From Microcystaceae cyanobacterium (GTDB taxonomy: Bacteria; Cyanobacteriota; Cyanobacteriia; Cyanobacteriales; Microcystaceae): a stretch of 64,000 bases of DNA. Made by a program: the position numbers and the translations under genes. Position 1 is the first letter of the stretch; every line of letters starts with the position of its first letter. This document shows positions 29,723-40,435 of this stretch, one piece after another. The notes under the pieces are model-generated. The model saw only the letters and a program-made list of their open reading frames with translations, did no database searches and was not told the DNA's origin. The stretch covers positions 32,001-96,000 of the forward strand of contig JBGTGT010000121.1 in assembly GCA_041746575.1 (NCBI GenBank), written 5' to 3'.

Positions 29723-30421
29723 ATGGTAGAAAAATACGATATTCTCCATCGCATTGAACACTTACCGAGCTATGGCTTATTAATTTTAACCTTAAAGCCT
29801 GAACAAAAGGTCTGGGTAGAGTCATCCGCAATAGCTGCCAGCGACCCTGTCATTATCAGGCAGGATAATCCCTACAGTTCAAAATTAAAGGAATTACAAC
29901 AAAATTTGGCTGAAATTTCGCTTTGCCTCTCAGAATTTACCATCGGTAACCATAAAGGGGATTTGTACGTGACTCCTGCTCTACCTGGGGCGATTCGTCA
30001 TTATTATGTCAAACAAAAGCGCGGTTTGATGATTCAATCTTCCTGTTTTTTAGCCTGTAGTGAAGGGGTAAATATTGAGAGTAAATTTGCCGATATCAAA
30101 AGTTTTTTTGGTGGAGAATCTATATTTTTATTAAAAACTGTCGGTAGAGGAGATCTTTGGTTTAGTGCCTACGGCAGTATTATTGAAGTAGAAGTGTCAG
30201 GAGACCATGTAGTCGATACGGGGTACGTGGTGGCCTTTGAAGAAAGCTTAAGCTATCGCCTCGAAAAAATGCGAAATTTATCTCTAAAAACCGTTGATAA
30301 GAATTTATTTGGCTGTGAAGGATTAGTGTGTCGCTTTCAAGGCCAAGGTAAACTGTGGTTACAATGTCGTCAGTTATCTTCTCTCATCAATTTTGTTAAA
30401 CCCCTCACCCGCCTTATCTAA
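29723..30421 (+). CDS. AIM24 / TIGR00266 family protein
   Basis: FFGGESIF, G.GDLW.SAYG, VDTGYVVAF and EGLVCRFQG.G motifs. Confidence 0.85.
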   Translation: MVEKYDILHRIEHLPSYGLLILTLKPEQKVWVESSAIAASDPVIIRQDNPYSSKLKELQQNLAEISLCLSEFTIGNHKGDLYVTPALPGAIRHYYVKQKRGLMIQSSCFLACSEGVNIESKFADIKSFFGGESIFLLKTVGRGDLWFSAYGSIIEVEVSGDHVVDTGYVVAFEESLSYRLEKMRNLSLKTVDKNLFGCEGLVCRFQGQGKLWLQCRQLSSLINFVKPLTRLI

Positions 30422-30668
30422 AGCTTGAATCATCAGTCATTCACTCCCATAGGAATTGTCAGGGTTTCGACTCAATCTTCAGGAACAAAACAGCCTTTTC
30501 TTATCTTAAAGAACTTCTAAGTAAAATTTAATCGTTTCTTCTCTGTTTTTTCTCTACTAATACAAGAAGGCAAAGACCAAGGATTAATAATGTCTTAATA
30601 AATTCTTTTTTAAATCGCGGTAAAATCTATCGAAGGAAAACAATCTCTAGGGATTAAAAATCGAAGTT

Positions 30669-31874
30669 ATGAATATAATACAACTAGATTTACGCCAGAC
30701 AATTATTGTTGCCATTTTAGTCCTGTATCTCGGTAAGTATTTAACCCAAAAGATTCGCTTATTGCGGAATTTTAACATCCCAGATGCGGTTTCTGGCGGC
30801 GTATTAGCTTCTTTAATGTTAGGAATTATTTACGGCGTTTCTCAAGTTCAAGTCGAATTTGCACTCAATATTCGAGATGCTTTTTTAATCATTTTTTTTA
30901 CAACAATTGGACTTTCTTCTAAACTCAGCACCCTCTTAAAAGGAGGAAAACCCCTACTCATCTTATTGGCGGTGGCAGTCAGTTATCTATTCATCCAAAA
31001 TTTGACAGGTGTGGTCATCGCGGCTCTGACAGGGCTAGATTTGCCCGTGGGGTTACTCTCAGGTTCAGTTTCGTTAAGTGGCGGCCACGGAACGGCGATC
31101 GCTTGGTCTCCCATTTTCAGAGACACTCACGGTATTGCCAATGCGGCCGAAATTGGCATTGCTAGTGCGACCTTTGGGTTAATTTTAGGGGGAATTATCG
31201 GAGGACCGGTCGCAAAATGGTTGATTACCCGAAATAAACTTCAGCCCCATGCTTCCGATTCTCTGACTATTGGTATTAGACACGGGCAGAAAAATGTCAA
31301 AATTGACTACAATACAATGTTACATTCCCTTTTGGTCATTGGAATCACTATTGGTTTAGGCATTCAGATTAACGAAGTCGCCGCCTCGGCAGGGTTAAGG
31401 TTGCCCGATTTCGTTGCCTGTTTATTTGCTGGAATTATCTTGACCAATACCATCCCTCTTTTATTTAAACGCTTTCCTTGGCCGGCAAATACGCCCTCTT
31501 TGGCACTGATTGGGGATCTGAGTCTGGGATTGTTCTTGGCAATATCACTGATGAGCTTGCAATTGTGGACGTTGGCGGGAATGGGGAGGGCGATCGCTCT
31601 GTTGCTCTTAGCCCAGTTATTGGCTAGTATCTTTTATACTATTTGGGTCGTTTTCCCGATTATGGGTAAAAACTATGATGCCTCAGTGATTTCGGCCGGT
31701 TATCTGGGACTGGCTCTCGGTGCAACCCCAACAGCGATCGCTAATATGACAGCCGTCACCTCACAATTTGGGGCATCTCCCCAAGCCTTTATCATTCTTC
31801 CCCTTGTCGGTGCTTTTTTTATTGATATTGCCAATGCGTTTGTTATCCAAAAGTTTTTGAATTTCATCGGCTAA
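30669..31874 (+). CDS. gltS: Sodium/glutamate symporter
   Basis: FFTTIGL, LSGGHGT, ATFGL..GG..GGP, LGATPTAIANM and PLVGAFFID motifs. Confidence 0.93.
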   Translation: MNIIQLDLRQTIIVAILVLYLGKYLTQKIRLLRNFNIPDAVSGGVLASLMLGIIYGVSQVQVEFALNIRDAFLIIFFTTIGLSSKLSTLLKGGKPLLILLAVAVSYLFIQNLTGVVIAALTGLDLPVGLLSGSVSLSGGHGTAIAWSPIFRDTHGIANAAEIGIASATFGLILGGIIGGPVAKWLITRNKLQPHASDSLTIGIRHGQKNVKIDYNTMLHSLLVIGITIGLGIQINEVAASAGLRLPDFVACLFAGIILTNTIPLLFKRFPWPANTPSLALIGDLSLGLFLAISLMSLQLWTLAGMGRAIALLLLAQLLASIFYTIWVVFPIMGKNYDASVISAGYLGLALGATPTAIANMTAVTSQFGASPQAFIILPLVGAFFIDIANAFVIQKFLNFIG

Positions 31875-31919
31875 ATACAACGGAAGTGCTGCTTCTCCAT
31901 CATCAATTTTTGTCGTGGG

Positions 31920-32801
31920 TTACGTTTCACTGTCCTCCTTCATCCAAGCGAGACATTGTTGCATTTGTTTTCTCATCGTTTTTAAGTCACTCTGATAACG
32001 ACGACCATGCCCCGGTAAAACCCATTCAAAGGAATAATTGGCTAGTTTTTCCATGGATTTAATCTGTTCTGACCAAGAATACCAACAAAAGCGACGAAAT
32101 CCAAATAAATGATTCAAATGAGGAGAAAAAGCCAAATGATCTCCCGTAAAAAGAAATTTTTGACGATAAAGTAGCACCGTATGCCCTTTTGTATGACCAG
32201 GGACAGGAATAATCAATACTTCATCATCTAACGAGTAAGGAGAGTATCCCGATAAAGGCATTTCCACCCCTTGGGTGTCAGCATTGATTTCATCTTGATG
32301 GAGAATGCGAATACAATTAAAATATTCCTGAAATTTAGCGTGATCAGCCACATCATCCCGATGAGTGAGATAATGATAACGAATTCCGCCCATTGCTTCA
32401 ATTTGCTGAACCAGTGGTTTATTAAAGCGAGGAGAATCAATTAAAATGTTGCCTTCTGGACGTTGAATAAAGTAACTCGCCGCTCCATAGGATTTTTCTG
32501 AATGATAACCGCAATAATAAACATTTTCAGCGATCAATAAGGGAAAAGTAGATTGGACTGCTCTAATCTTTTGGGGTTTTTCCATCGTGCCAATCGAAGC
32601 CGTCGGACAAGCTAAAAGAGCCTGTAGAGCCTGAATTTCTTCTTTTTCGTCACTAGGTTGCTGATAAACAGCGGACTGATCCCCTTTTCGCCCAAAAACA
32701 GCCGGAGAAACCCAGCGACAAGTATCACAATCAATGCACGTTTGATCAACGTAGAAATTCCCTGCGACATTTTCTGCCCGTCGCTTTTCGAGGGTAGCCA
32801 T
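31920..32801 (-). CDS. Ferredoxin-fused MBL-fold metallo-hydrolase
   Basis: CIDCDTC...CP N-domain; THRDD..DH, PGHTKG, FTGDH and LPGHG motifs. Confidence 0.88.
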   Translation of the reverse strand: MATLEKRRAENVAGNFYVDQTCIDCDTCRWVSPAVFGRKGDQSAVYQQPSDEKEEIQALQALLACPTASIGTMEKPQKIRAVQSTFPLLIAENVYYCGYHSEKSYGAASYFIQRPEGNILIDSPRFNKPLVQQIEAMGGIRYHYLTHRDDVADHAKFQEYFNCIRILHQDEINADTQGVEMPLSGYSPYSLDDEVLIIPVPGHTKGHTVLLYRQKFLFTGDHLAFSPHLNHLFGFRRFCWYSWSEQIKSMEKLANYSFEWVLPGHGRRYQSDLKTMRKQMQQCLAWMKEDSET

Positions 32802-33011
32802 AATAAAGCCTCAATTTAAGCTAATTTGCTCAAACCATTAAGGAAAATCACCCCTCAAGTCTCTTTTTTCAGTTAGAGAAAATCCCTAATGATCATTATT
32901 TATCGTACTATCTATGATCAATCGACAATCGAAAATTTGCAAGCCCCTTTTCTGAAGTCGTCCTATAAACAATAGTAAAAAGACCGTCTTTTTCGTTAGG
33001 ATGAAAGGCTT

Positions 33012-33650
33012 TTACGCTTCAACAGAATGCCGAATTTTTTGAACCCATTGACTTAAATGATCCCGATTGAGACGATAACTGAGGGGATGGGCGATTAAAT
33101 GGGCAGTGCTTTCAAAAAGCGTATCAATTTCAATTAAACCATTTTCCCGTAACGTTTTTCCGGTGGACACTAAATCCACAATCGCTTCCGACATCCCCGT
33201 AATCGGGCCTAATTCTACTGAGCCGTAGAGCGGAATAATCTCGACGGGTAAATCTAAGCCGCGAAAATAATTCTTTGCACAATTGACGAATTTTGAAGCC
33301 ACCCGTCCATTAGGGGGTAATTCCACCGGACGACGGTAAGGACTCGAAGCGGGAACAGCCACTGACATTCGGCAATAACCAAAGCGTAAATCCGCTAAAT
33401 TGGCGACTTGTGCCGTTTTTTCTAACAAAACATCATAACCGACAATACCTAGCTGTGCTTGGCCATATTCAACATAAACAGGGACATCTTGCGCCCTCAC
33501 CAGTAATGCCTTGGCGGTTTGAGTCGGATCAGTAATTTGCAATTGCCGGTTACTCTCATCTAGAAAAGCACTAAAATCTAAGCCCATCTGCTGAAAGCGG
33601 CGAATACTGTCCCTTAATAAAGCACCTTTAGGCAATGCAATGGTTAACAT
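33012..33650 (-). CDS. hisG: ATP phosphoribosyltransferase, short form
   Basis: [25 protein letters not shown] and [10 protein letters not shown] motifs. Start placed at ATG 33650. Confidence 0.96.
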   Translation of the reverse strand: MLTIALPKGALLRDSIRRFQQMGLDFSAFLDESNRQLQITDPTQTAKALLVRAQDVPVYVEYGQAQLGIVGYDVLLEKTAQVANLADLRFGYCRMSVAVPASSPYRRPVELPPNGRVASKFVNCAKNYFRGLDLPVEIIPLYGSVELGPITGMSEAIVDLVSTGKTLRENGLIEIDTLFESTAHLIAHPLSYRLNRDHLSQWVQKIRHSVEA

Positions 33651-33857
33651 AAAAAATTTAACATCCAAACAATAAAGCAATATAGCTAGTTTATCGGATC
33701 ATGTTCCGAACGAACTGAAACAGGCGATATCATTCCTCTCGTCATAACGCAGTTAACTTAATCACCCGATTTTGGAGAGTTTCGTCACAATCATTTGATT
33801 AAAATTTGATTATCGTGTCCATATATATATAATTTCACTTTTGGAGACGGTCAGTAT

Positions 33858-34202
33858 ATGGCAGAATCAATAACAGACTTATTTACAGAATTACAAACTG
33901 AAAGATATTCTAAGAAGAACAAATCCCTTGATCAAAGAAAATACGTTCGATTTACTCACAATAAAGGAAAACAGCTATTTATAAAACTAAAAAATGCCAA
34001 GGGAGAATGGGTAGAACCTCATGCTTTCATTAATAATGAATCCTTTGGGGGATTTGGTATCTTGATTGTTTCACCCGTTGCCCTCGTCGTCAATCAACCT
34101 TGTCAGGTGAATGTGCCAGGCGTAGGGTGGGTACAAAGTCAGATTGCTTGGATTAAGTATTTACATGAGTCACTTCAAGAAATTGGCTTAAAATATTGTT
34201 AA
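33858..34202 (+). CDS. Stand-alone PilZ-like domain protein
   Basis: RxxxR (RKYVR) and [D/N]xSxxG (NESFGG) motifs, followed by I.W and GLKY beta strands. Confidence 0.6.
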   Translation: MAESITDLFTELQTERYSKKNKSLDQRKYVRFTHNKGKQLFIKLKNAKGEWVEPHAFINNESFGGFGILIVSPVALVVNQPCQVNVPGVGWVQSQIAWIKYLHESLQEIGLKYC

Positions 34203-34235
34203 TGCAAGCCCTTTTGAAAGAAATCCCTTTGCAAA

Positions 34236-35099
34236 ATGCCACAAATTACGGGGAAAACCCAGCTTTTAGGGGTGATTGGCGATCCGATCACCCACTCTCT
34301 ATCGCCGGTAATGCACAATGCAGCGATCGCCGCTTTAAATTTGGATTACTGTTATCTTCCCTTCGCCATCAAAACAGAACATCTAGAAAATGCCTTAAAA
34401 GGGTTTGAAAGCACAGGCATCAAAGGTTTTTCGGTTACTATTCCCCATAAACAGTCAATCATTCCTTTTTTGGCGGAAATATCTCCAGAGGCAGAGTTAA
34501 TCGGTGCAGTGAATACGGTTTGCTCCACTGAAAAGGGTTGGTATGGCACAAATACGGATGTAAATGGCTTTATATCACCGTTAAAAAAATTGGATATCTC
34601 TTGGCAAAGAATTACGCCGGTTATCTTAGGTAATGGGGGGGCGGCGCGAGCGGTAACATTGGGATGTTGGCAGCTCGGTTGTCCTGAAATTCACGTGGTG
34701 GGGCGCAATGCAAAGACATTAGATGATTTTTGGCAAAGTTGGCAAAATACTCCCCTTAAAAACCATATTAAGATACACTACTGGGAAAATATGTTAGGGG
34801 TGCTATCTCAGACAAAATTACTAATTAATACGACCCCTGTTGGCATGACTCCCCACGAAAAGCAATCACCCATTCCTCGGGAAATGATCGAAAAGCTATC
34901 AACAGATGCGATCGCCTATGATCTGATTTATACACCGAATCCGACGTTATTCCTAAAACTGGCGCAACAACAGGGGACAATCATAATTGATGGCTTAGAA
35001 ATGTTAGTCCAGCAAGGGGCAGTCGCTTTAGAATTATGGTTAGAGCAACCCGTTCCTGTGGATGTCATGAGACAAGCGTTAAGGGACTATTTAGCATAA
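34236..35099 (+). CDS. aroE: Shikimate dehydrogenase
   Basis: HSLSP.MHN, VTIPHK, GAVNT, NTD, GNGGAAR and DGLEMLV.QG motifs. Confidence 0.95.
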   Translation: MPQITGKTQLLGVIGDPITHSLSPVMHNAAIAALNLDYCYLPFAIKTEHLENALKGFESTGIKGFSVTIPHKQSIIPFLAEISPEAELIGAVNTVCSTEKGWYGTNTDVNGFISPLKKLDISWQRITPVILGNGGAARAVTLGCWQLGCPEIHVVGRNAKTLDDFWQSWQNTPLKNHIKIHYWENMLGVLSQTKLLINTTPVGMTPHEKQSPIPREMIEKLSTDAIAYDLIYTPNPTLFLKLAQQQGTIIIDGLEMLVQQGAVALELWLEQPVPVDVMRQALRDYLA

Positions 35100-35122
35100 T
35101 TCCCGTTTGCTCTCTGCCTCGT

Positions 35123-37756
35123 TTATTGCCAATTTCCCACCAAAATAAAAGGTGACCAATAGTACGGATGAGCATACCATTGATTATTTAATAATTTCAT
35201 CTGTGCGCGCTGAACGGCTTCTGCTTTAGAGATTTTTTCGGCAGGATTGGCGAGATTTTCATAGAAATGACTCATAAATTCGGCTGTTCCTTGGTCATCA
35301 ACCGACCATAAGGTGGCAAGGGTACTTCTAGCACCCGATTTTACGGCAATACCGGCTAAGCCTAGGGCAGCCCGTTGATCGCCTGCGGCTGTTTCGCAAG
35401 CACTAAGAACGAGTAATTCAAGGGATTGATTGCGCTGTAGGCGATTTAATTCTAGCAAACTGGTTAATTCACTTATATTCAGAGTATTTTGCCAGATAAC
35501 GATATAGGTTTTTTCAAGGTTAGAACTAAAGACGCCATGGGTGGCTAAATGAACAATCGGAAAAGTGGAGTTTCTAAAAGCCCGTTCAAGATTTTGAAGG
35601 ATGAGCTTCTCATTTTTCAGAACAAGACTATCCGGTGCTGCAATTTGTTGAATTTTGGCTAATTCTATGTCGACGTAAGGTAAAGCAATTTTATCTTGTT
35701 GTTCAACGGTAATGCCACCTAACAGCATAGAGAGCGGTTGAAGAGAGGTATTTGACGAAGGAAATAGTTGTAATCCAGGTGTCACGGCAACTCGATACTT
35801 CTGAATCAAATATTCTCGTTTAATGGGATCAGAAACTAAGGCAGATAGAGGAGTATTGCGTAAACTGCCGTCTGGAACAATAACTAAGGTTTTAATATTA
35901 AATTTTTCTAATATTTCTTCAGAAGGACGAATTAACCAGTCATATAATTGAGAGCCGGGGGCCATAAAATCCCAGCGACTGCGGATGACAACCGTATAGC
36001 GAAACCGGGCAATGACTTTTTCTAGGATGCTTTGAGGAACAAGGGTTTCATAATAGGTTAAGGGTTGTCCGGGGATGCTGAGAATAACGCCTAAACGATC
36101 CGTTAAAATGAGAGGGTAAAGAATGGCCGCCGTGGAATCGTTAAATTTTCTTTGGCTATTTTCTGGGGTTTCTAGTTGAGCATCAATGCTTTCTAGCTGT
36201 TGTATGCAATTATCCTGAAAAAAGTTATTCAAGCTAACGATTTGCAGAGATTCCATCACTTGACGGGCTTCAATGAGATGAGCTTGACTGGGTTGTTCTC
36301 CCTTTGGCGATTGCAATAAAAGACGAACCGCCTCTCGGTATAAATTTTCACCCCCTTCTTGAAAAGCAAACTGGGCTTCTCGATTAGCCGCAATTTCTCC
36401 ACTAATTTTGCGGTGCGTTTGGATAGCACTACGGTAGGCGGCGATTGCCGCTTCTATCTGCTGCTGTTGAGCTAAAATTCGTCCGAGTTGCCATTGCCAA
36501 ATATAGACAATCTCTTGTGCATTAAGAGATTCTGAGATCGATAAAGCTTTTTCAGTTAATTGGTAAGCACTTGACCATTGTTGTCTTTTTTCATCAATCC
36601 TACCTAAAATTCCCAGTGAATAGGCAATTAAACGCTGATCAGCTAATTGCTGACTTTGTTGTAACGTTGTTTGAGCTAAGGTTTCGAGTTGTTGCCAAGA
36701 CACGTAAGGTAAAAGGTCAGGATTTTGGCTTTTGAGTTGAATTAATTGGTTAAGATGGGTCAAAGACAATTCAATCTGACTGTGACTGACAGGGAGTTGC
36801 TTAAGCTGTTGTTCAACATCGGGAAGCAGTGCCAAGGTGGTTTTAAGTTTTGGGGGATTTGAAGTTAAAGAAAGACTGATTTGCAATAACTTAGCTTCTA
36901 TTTGCGTAAATATACTCGATTTTTCGGCTTTTATCCTTTGATAAGCCTCAAAAGCTCCTTCCTTTTGTCCTTGGAGTTGCAGGGTTTTACCCACACTCAG
37001 CCAAAGTTCGCCTTGAGGATAGTCTGCCGGAATTTGAGGTTGAATGGCTTGAACCAGATATAGCGATTCTTCAAAACGCCCTAATTTCCGTAAGACATCG
37101 CCCAATGTCAGCCATCCTGACAGATTTACGCCTTCCAAGGGAAAATCAATGCGCCCTAATTGCTGATCAATATCATCAAGTGTTAAGTCTGCACAGGTAG
37201 AAGCAGACAAGTCAAGGGATTTTAAGATAACTCGACAAGAAAAGCGGAATTTCCCTAGGGAGTTATAAGCTCTTACCTGATTAACTCGGCTTAATAAGAC
37301 TCCTTTTGGATCTTTACCTTGTTCATACAAAGTTTCAGACTGTCGCCAAGCCGTTAAGGCGGATTGACTTTGACCGCGCATCAATTCCAATGTTCCTTGA
37401 TTATTATAGGCCTGCGCTAAGGTCTGAGGGTCTTTTTGGTTTTGCAGTAACGCAACACTTTGCTGAATCGTCATTTCTGCTAAATCCCATTGACCGAATT
37501 GAGCATAAACAAGGGCAAGTTTACTTAAAATTCGTCCTTTATCTCTTAAGTTGTTTTGTTTTTCCGATAAAGCTAAAGCATATTCCCACTTTTGTTGTGC
37601 TGATGTCCAATCTCCTTGGCGAAAAGCCTGTTCAGCTTGTATTTCCGACGACAAGCCTAAAAGGGGAGGTTGAGCGCGAAGTGACTGTGTCCATCCCCCT
37701 AAATCGAGAGCCAAGACGAATCCGACTAGAATTAAGGCCAAAAAACGACGTTTCAT
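35123..37756 (-). CDS. TPR plus CHAT (caspase-like) domain protein, probably exported
   Basis: HLATHG, LVLSACETA, ATLWSVDD and HPYYWSPF motifs; TPR helices; signal-like N-terminus from ATG 37756. Confidence 0.9.
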   Translation of the reverse strand: MKRRFLALILVGFVLALDLGGWTQSLRAQPPLLGLSSEIQAEQAFRQGDWTSAQQKWEYALALSEKQNNLRDKGRILSKLALVYAQFGQWDLAEMTIQQSVALLQNQKDPQTLAQAYNNQGTLELMRGQSQSALTAWRQSETLYEQGKDPKGVLLSRVNQVRAYNSLGKFRFSCRVILKSLDLSASTCADLTLDDIDQQLGRIDFPLEGVNLSGWLTLGDVLRKLGRFEESLYLVQAIQPQIPADYPQGELWLSVGKTLQLQGQKEGAFEAYQRIKAEKSSIFTQIEAKLLQISLSLTSNPPKLKTTLALLPDVEQQLKQLPVSHSQIELSLTHLNQLIQLKSQNPDLLPYVSWQQLETLAQTTLQQSQQLADQRLIAYSLGILGRIDEKRQQWSSAYQLTEKALSISESLNAQEIVYIWQWQLGRILAQQQQIEAAIAAYRSAIQTHRKISGEIAANREAQFAFQEGGENLYREAVRLLLQSPKGEQPSQAHLIEARQVMESLQIVSLNNFFQDNCIQQLESIDAQLETPENSQRKFNDSTAAILYPLILTDRLGVILSIPGQPLTYYETLVPQSILEKVIARFRYTVVIRSRWDFMAPGSQLYDWLIRPSEEILEKFNIKTLVIVPDGSLRNTPLSALVSDPIKREYLIQKYRVAVTPGLQLFPSSNTSLQPLSMLLGGITVEQQDKIALPYVDIELAKIQQIAAPDSLVLKNEKLILQNLERAFRNSTFPIVHLATHGVFSSNLEKTYIVIWQNTLNISELTSLLELNRLQRNQSLELLVLSACETAAGDQRAALGLAGIAVKSGARSTLATLWSVDDQGTAEFMSHFYENLANPAEKISKAEAVQRAQMKLLNNQWYAHPYYWSPFILVGNWQ

Positions 37757-37902
37757 GAAAATGCCATCAAGACCCAAATTTATTACTGTTAACACTATTT
37801 TTACAGTTTTTGGGGTGAGATTAACCTTATGATAAGATTAAAGGTTTAAAAAAGACTGCTCAAGTTTTTCCTAAAGTAATTGGTTAACCTCTTCCCTAAA
37901 TT

Positions 37903-38430
37903 ATGAAACATACGCTTTCCGTTTTAGTTGAAGATGAAGCGGGCGTTCTGACCCGTATTGCTGGACTTTTTGCCCGTCGCGGCTATAATATTGAAAGTTT
38001 AGCGGTTGGATCGGCCGAACAATCTGGAATTTCTCGTATTACTATGGTTGTACCCGGTGATGATAATACAATTGAACAAATCACTAAACAACTCTACAAA
38101 CTGATCAATGTGCTAAAAGTACAAGATATCACCCAAACGCCTTGTGTGGAACGGGAATTAATGCTGATTAAAGTCAATGCCAACTCTACAAATCGTCATG
38201 AAGTGGTGGAAGTGGCGCAAGTATTTCGGGCCCGAGTAGTGGATATGTCCGATGATACCGTGACCGTAGAAGTAGTGGGAGATCCGGGTAAAATGGTGGC
38301 TATTCTGCAGATGTTGCATAAATTTGGTTTGCGAGAAATTGCCCGTACCGGTAAGATTGCTCTAGCGAGGGAATCTAAAGTTAATACGGAGTCGCTGAAA
38401 CAGGATTTAGCGGTTAAGGTCTTAAATTAA
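37903..38430 (+). CDS. ilvN: Acetolactate synthase small subunit
   Basis: [29 protein letters not shown] and ERELML motifs. Confidence 0.95.
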   Translation: MKHTLSVLVEDEAGVLTRIAGLFARRGYNIESLAVGSAEQSGISRITMVVPGDDNTIEQITKQLYKLINVLKVQDITQTPCVERELMLIKVNANSTNRHEVVEVAQVFRARVVDMSDDTVTVEVVGDPGKMVAILQMLHKFGLREIARTGKIALARESKVNTESLKQDLAVKVLN

Positions 38431-38524
38431 AGCGTTTTACTGACGGGAAAATTTTTAGATTGCTAATGGGATTATTTTTTTCCTTGTCTTGTAAACGAGA
38501 GTCAATCTAAACTCTAAAATCAAG

Positions 38525-39682
38525 ATGACAGATTCAGCTGGCAATATTTTAATCGTTGACGATACACCGAATAATTTACGGTTATTATCAACGATTTTAG
38601 TTGATCATGGCTATGTAGTCCGCAAGGCACTTAATGGCAAAATCGCCCTAAATACCGTGCATCAAGTGCCACCTGATTTAATTTTACTGGATATTAATAT
38701 GCCAGAGAGCAATGGCTATGAGGTTTGTGAGACCTTAAAAGCAGACCGTCAAACCCAAGAAATTCCGATTATTTTTATGAGTGCGCTAGATGATGTTTTG
38801 GATAAGGTAAAAGCCTTTAGAGTGGGCGGTGTAGATTATATTACAAAACCCTTTCAAGCTGAAGAAGTGATTGCTAGAATTGAACATCAATTGACGATTC
38901 AAAAGCAAAAAAGACAATTACAATTAGAAGTTCAAGAGCGCAAAAAAGCCGAAGAATCCTTGCAAGTTTACCTTCATGCAGTGTCTCACGATTTGCGTAA
39001 TCCTGTTTTAGGAATGGGGATGGTTTTACAGAATTTACTGAACAAGGCTCAGTCACATCCTGAGATGGCAATTGCGACAACGGTATTAGAAAGAATGAAG
39101 GAAAGTTGCGATCGCCAATTAAATCTAATTAATTCCTTGGTGGAAACACAACAGTTTGAAACAGAGGGAATGATCCTTAATAGTCAACCGTTAAATATAA
39201 CTGAACTAATCAGAAATTTAAGTCAAGATTGGCAACCGTTTTTTCAGAAAGATCAAACGACTTTAAAAACAAAAATTGACGCTAATTTACCCTTGATTAC
39301 CGCTGACAAAGATCAACTTTTACGGGTTTTTGAAAATTTAATTACCAACGCAATCAAGCATAATCCGACAGGAATCACCCTGACTATCGGGGCTGTTTTT
39401 AAGGAGAAAAAAGTCATTTATGTTAGCATTCAAGATAGTGGATTAGGGATTGAACCCGAACAAATGCCAACCCTTTTTCAACGTTACCAAAGAGGAAAAA
39501 AAGCTCAGAAAACAGTAGGTTTGGGGTTAGGATTATACTTATGTCGCTTAATTATTGAAGCCCACGGGGGTGAAATGGGCGTAGAATCCGTTTTAGGTGA
39601 GGGAACAACTTTCTGGTTTACCTTGCCGGTGGCAAGGGAGTGGGGAGGTCGGAATCGGGAGTTAGAAATAGACGAATCCTAA
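38525..39682 (+). CDS. Hybrid response regulator / histidine kinase
   Basis: REC domain (VDD, LLDINMP, KPF); SHDLRNP; NL..NAIK; DSG.GI; GLGLGL. Confidence 0.93.
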   Translation: MTDSAGNILIVDDTPNNLRLLSTILVDHGYVVRKALNGKIALNTVHQVPPDLILLDINMPESNGYEVCETLKADRQTQEIPIIFMSALDDVLDKVKAFRVGGVDYITKPFQAEEVIARIEHQLTIQKQKRQLQLEVQERKKAEESLQVYLHAVSHDLRNPVLGMGMVLQNLLNKAQSHPEMAIATTVLERMKESCDRQLNLINSLVETQQFETEGMILNSQPLNITELIRNLSQDWQPFFQKDQTTLKTKIDANLPLITADKDQLLRVFENLITNAIKHNPTGITLTIGAVFKEKKVIYVSIQDSGLGIEPEQMPTLFQRYQRGKKAQKTVGLGLGLYLCRLIIEAHGGEMGVESVLGEGTTFWFTLPVAREWGGRNRELEIDES

Positions 39683-39894
39683 AACCCCTGTGAATTGGGT
39701 ATCAATCCAAAATCTACAATCGTTTGACACTTTTTGGGGATTACTGCGTCACCATGCCCAGTGTAAGTATTATGGCTGTTGACGGGAAGATAAGAGATTA
39801 GAAATTTCTGACGACGGACTTCTACCATAAACGTCACCCAAGGCGGTTATAATGCCTAACAATTGCTAGACGAATGTTGATTTAGATAAAAACT

Positions 39895-40401
39895 ATGGCA
39901 TTGGCATCTTATTCTCCCCGTTCTCCTAAGTCGCACCCTCGAAACAAAACCATTGAGTCGCGTCGTCGCTCAAGACGGGTACCTCCCGCTAACGTCAAGC
40001 CGGGGAAGGTTTATGCTTTGCCAACCCCTCCCTCTCAACCCCTTTCTCCTAAACTGCATTTTCTGCAAACCCTTCAAAAAACCTTTTCCTGTCTGTCTTT
40101 TGCTCTTGTTTGCGCCGCTTTAGGGACGTATGGGTGGACAGTTTACGCCCCGAAGCTTTGGAGTCAAGAATATCGCAAACTAGAAGCCTTGCAACAGCAT
40201 GAACGCCAGTTAACAGCAACTAATGAAATTTTAAAAAATCAATTAGCCAATCAAGCCGAACAACCCAATTCCCGATTATCACAGGTTAAACCGAGTGATA
40301 ACATTTTTATTACTGTTAAACCCGCCTCTCAACCGTCTCCCTTCTCGAAAGCCCCAATTATCCAATCTTCTCCGATCACCGCTCAACCCATTGCTTACTA
40401 A
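39895..40401 (+). CDS. FtsL-like cell division protein
   Basis: Basic N-terminal tail, single TM and coiled coil, immediately upstream of a class B PBP. Confidence 0.6.
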   Translation: MALASYSPRSPKSHPRNKTIESRRRSRRVPPANVKPGKVYALPTPPSQPLSPKLHFLQTLQKTFSCLSFALVCAALGTYGWTVYAPKLWSQEYRKLEALQQHERQLTATNEILKNQLANQAEQPNSRLSQVKPSDNIFITVKPASQPSPFSKAPIIQSSPITAQPIAY

Positions 40402-40435
40402 GAAGGTCGTTTTTTCAGCCCAATATAATGTGATA

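Noticed and set aside
29723..30421. AIM24 gene as a pseudogene because of its divergent N-terminal half
   Set aside because: The frame is intact and the C-terminal motifs are retained.
35123..37756. CHAT protein as a defence caspase (Craspase or Avs-like)
   Set aside because: It has a signal-peptide-like N-terminus and the TPR-CHAT layout common in cyanobacteria, with no defence genes adjacent.
40295..40435. N-terminal extension of the PBP overlapping the ftsL-like gene
   Set aside because: ATG 40436, after the upstream stop, gives a normal basic tail plus TM; the extension is unnecessary.
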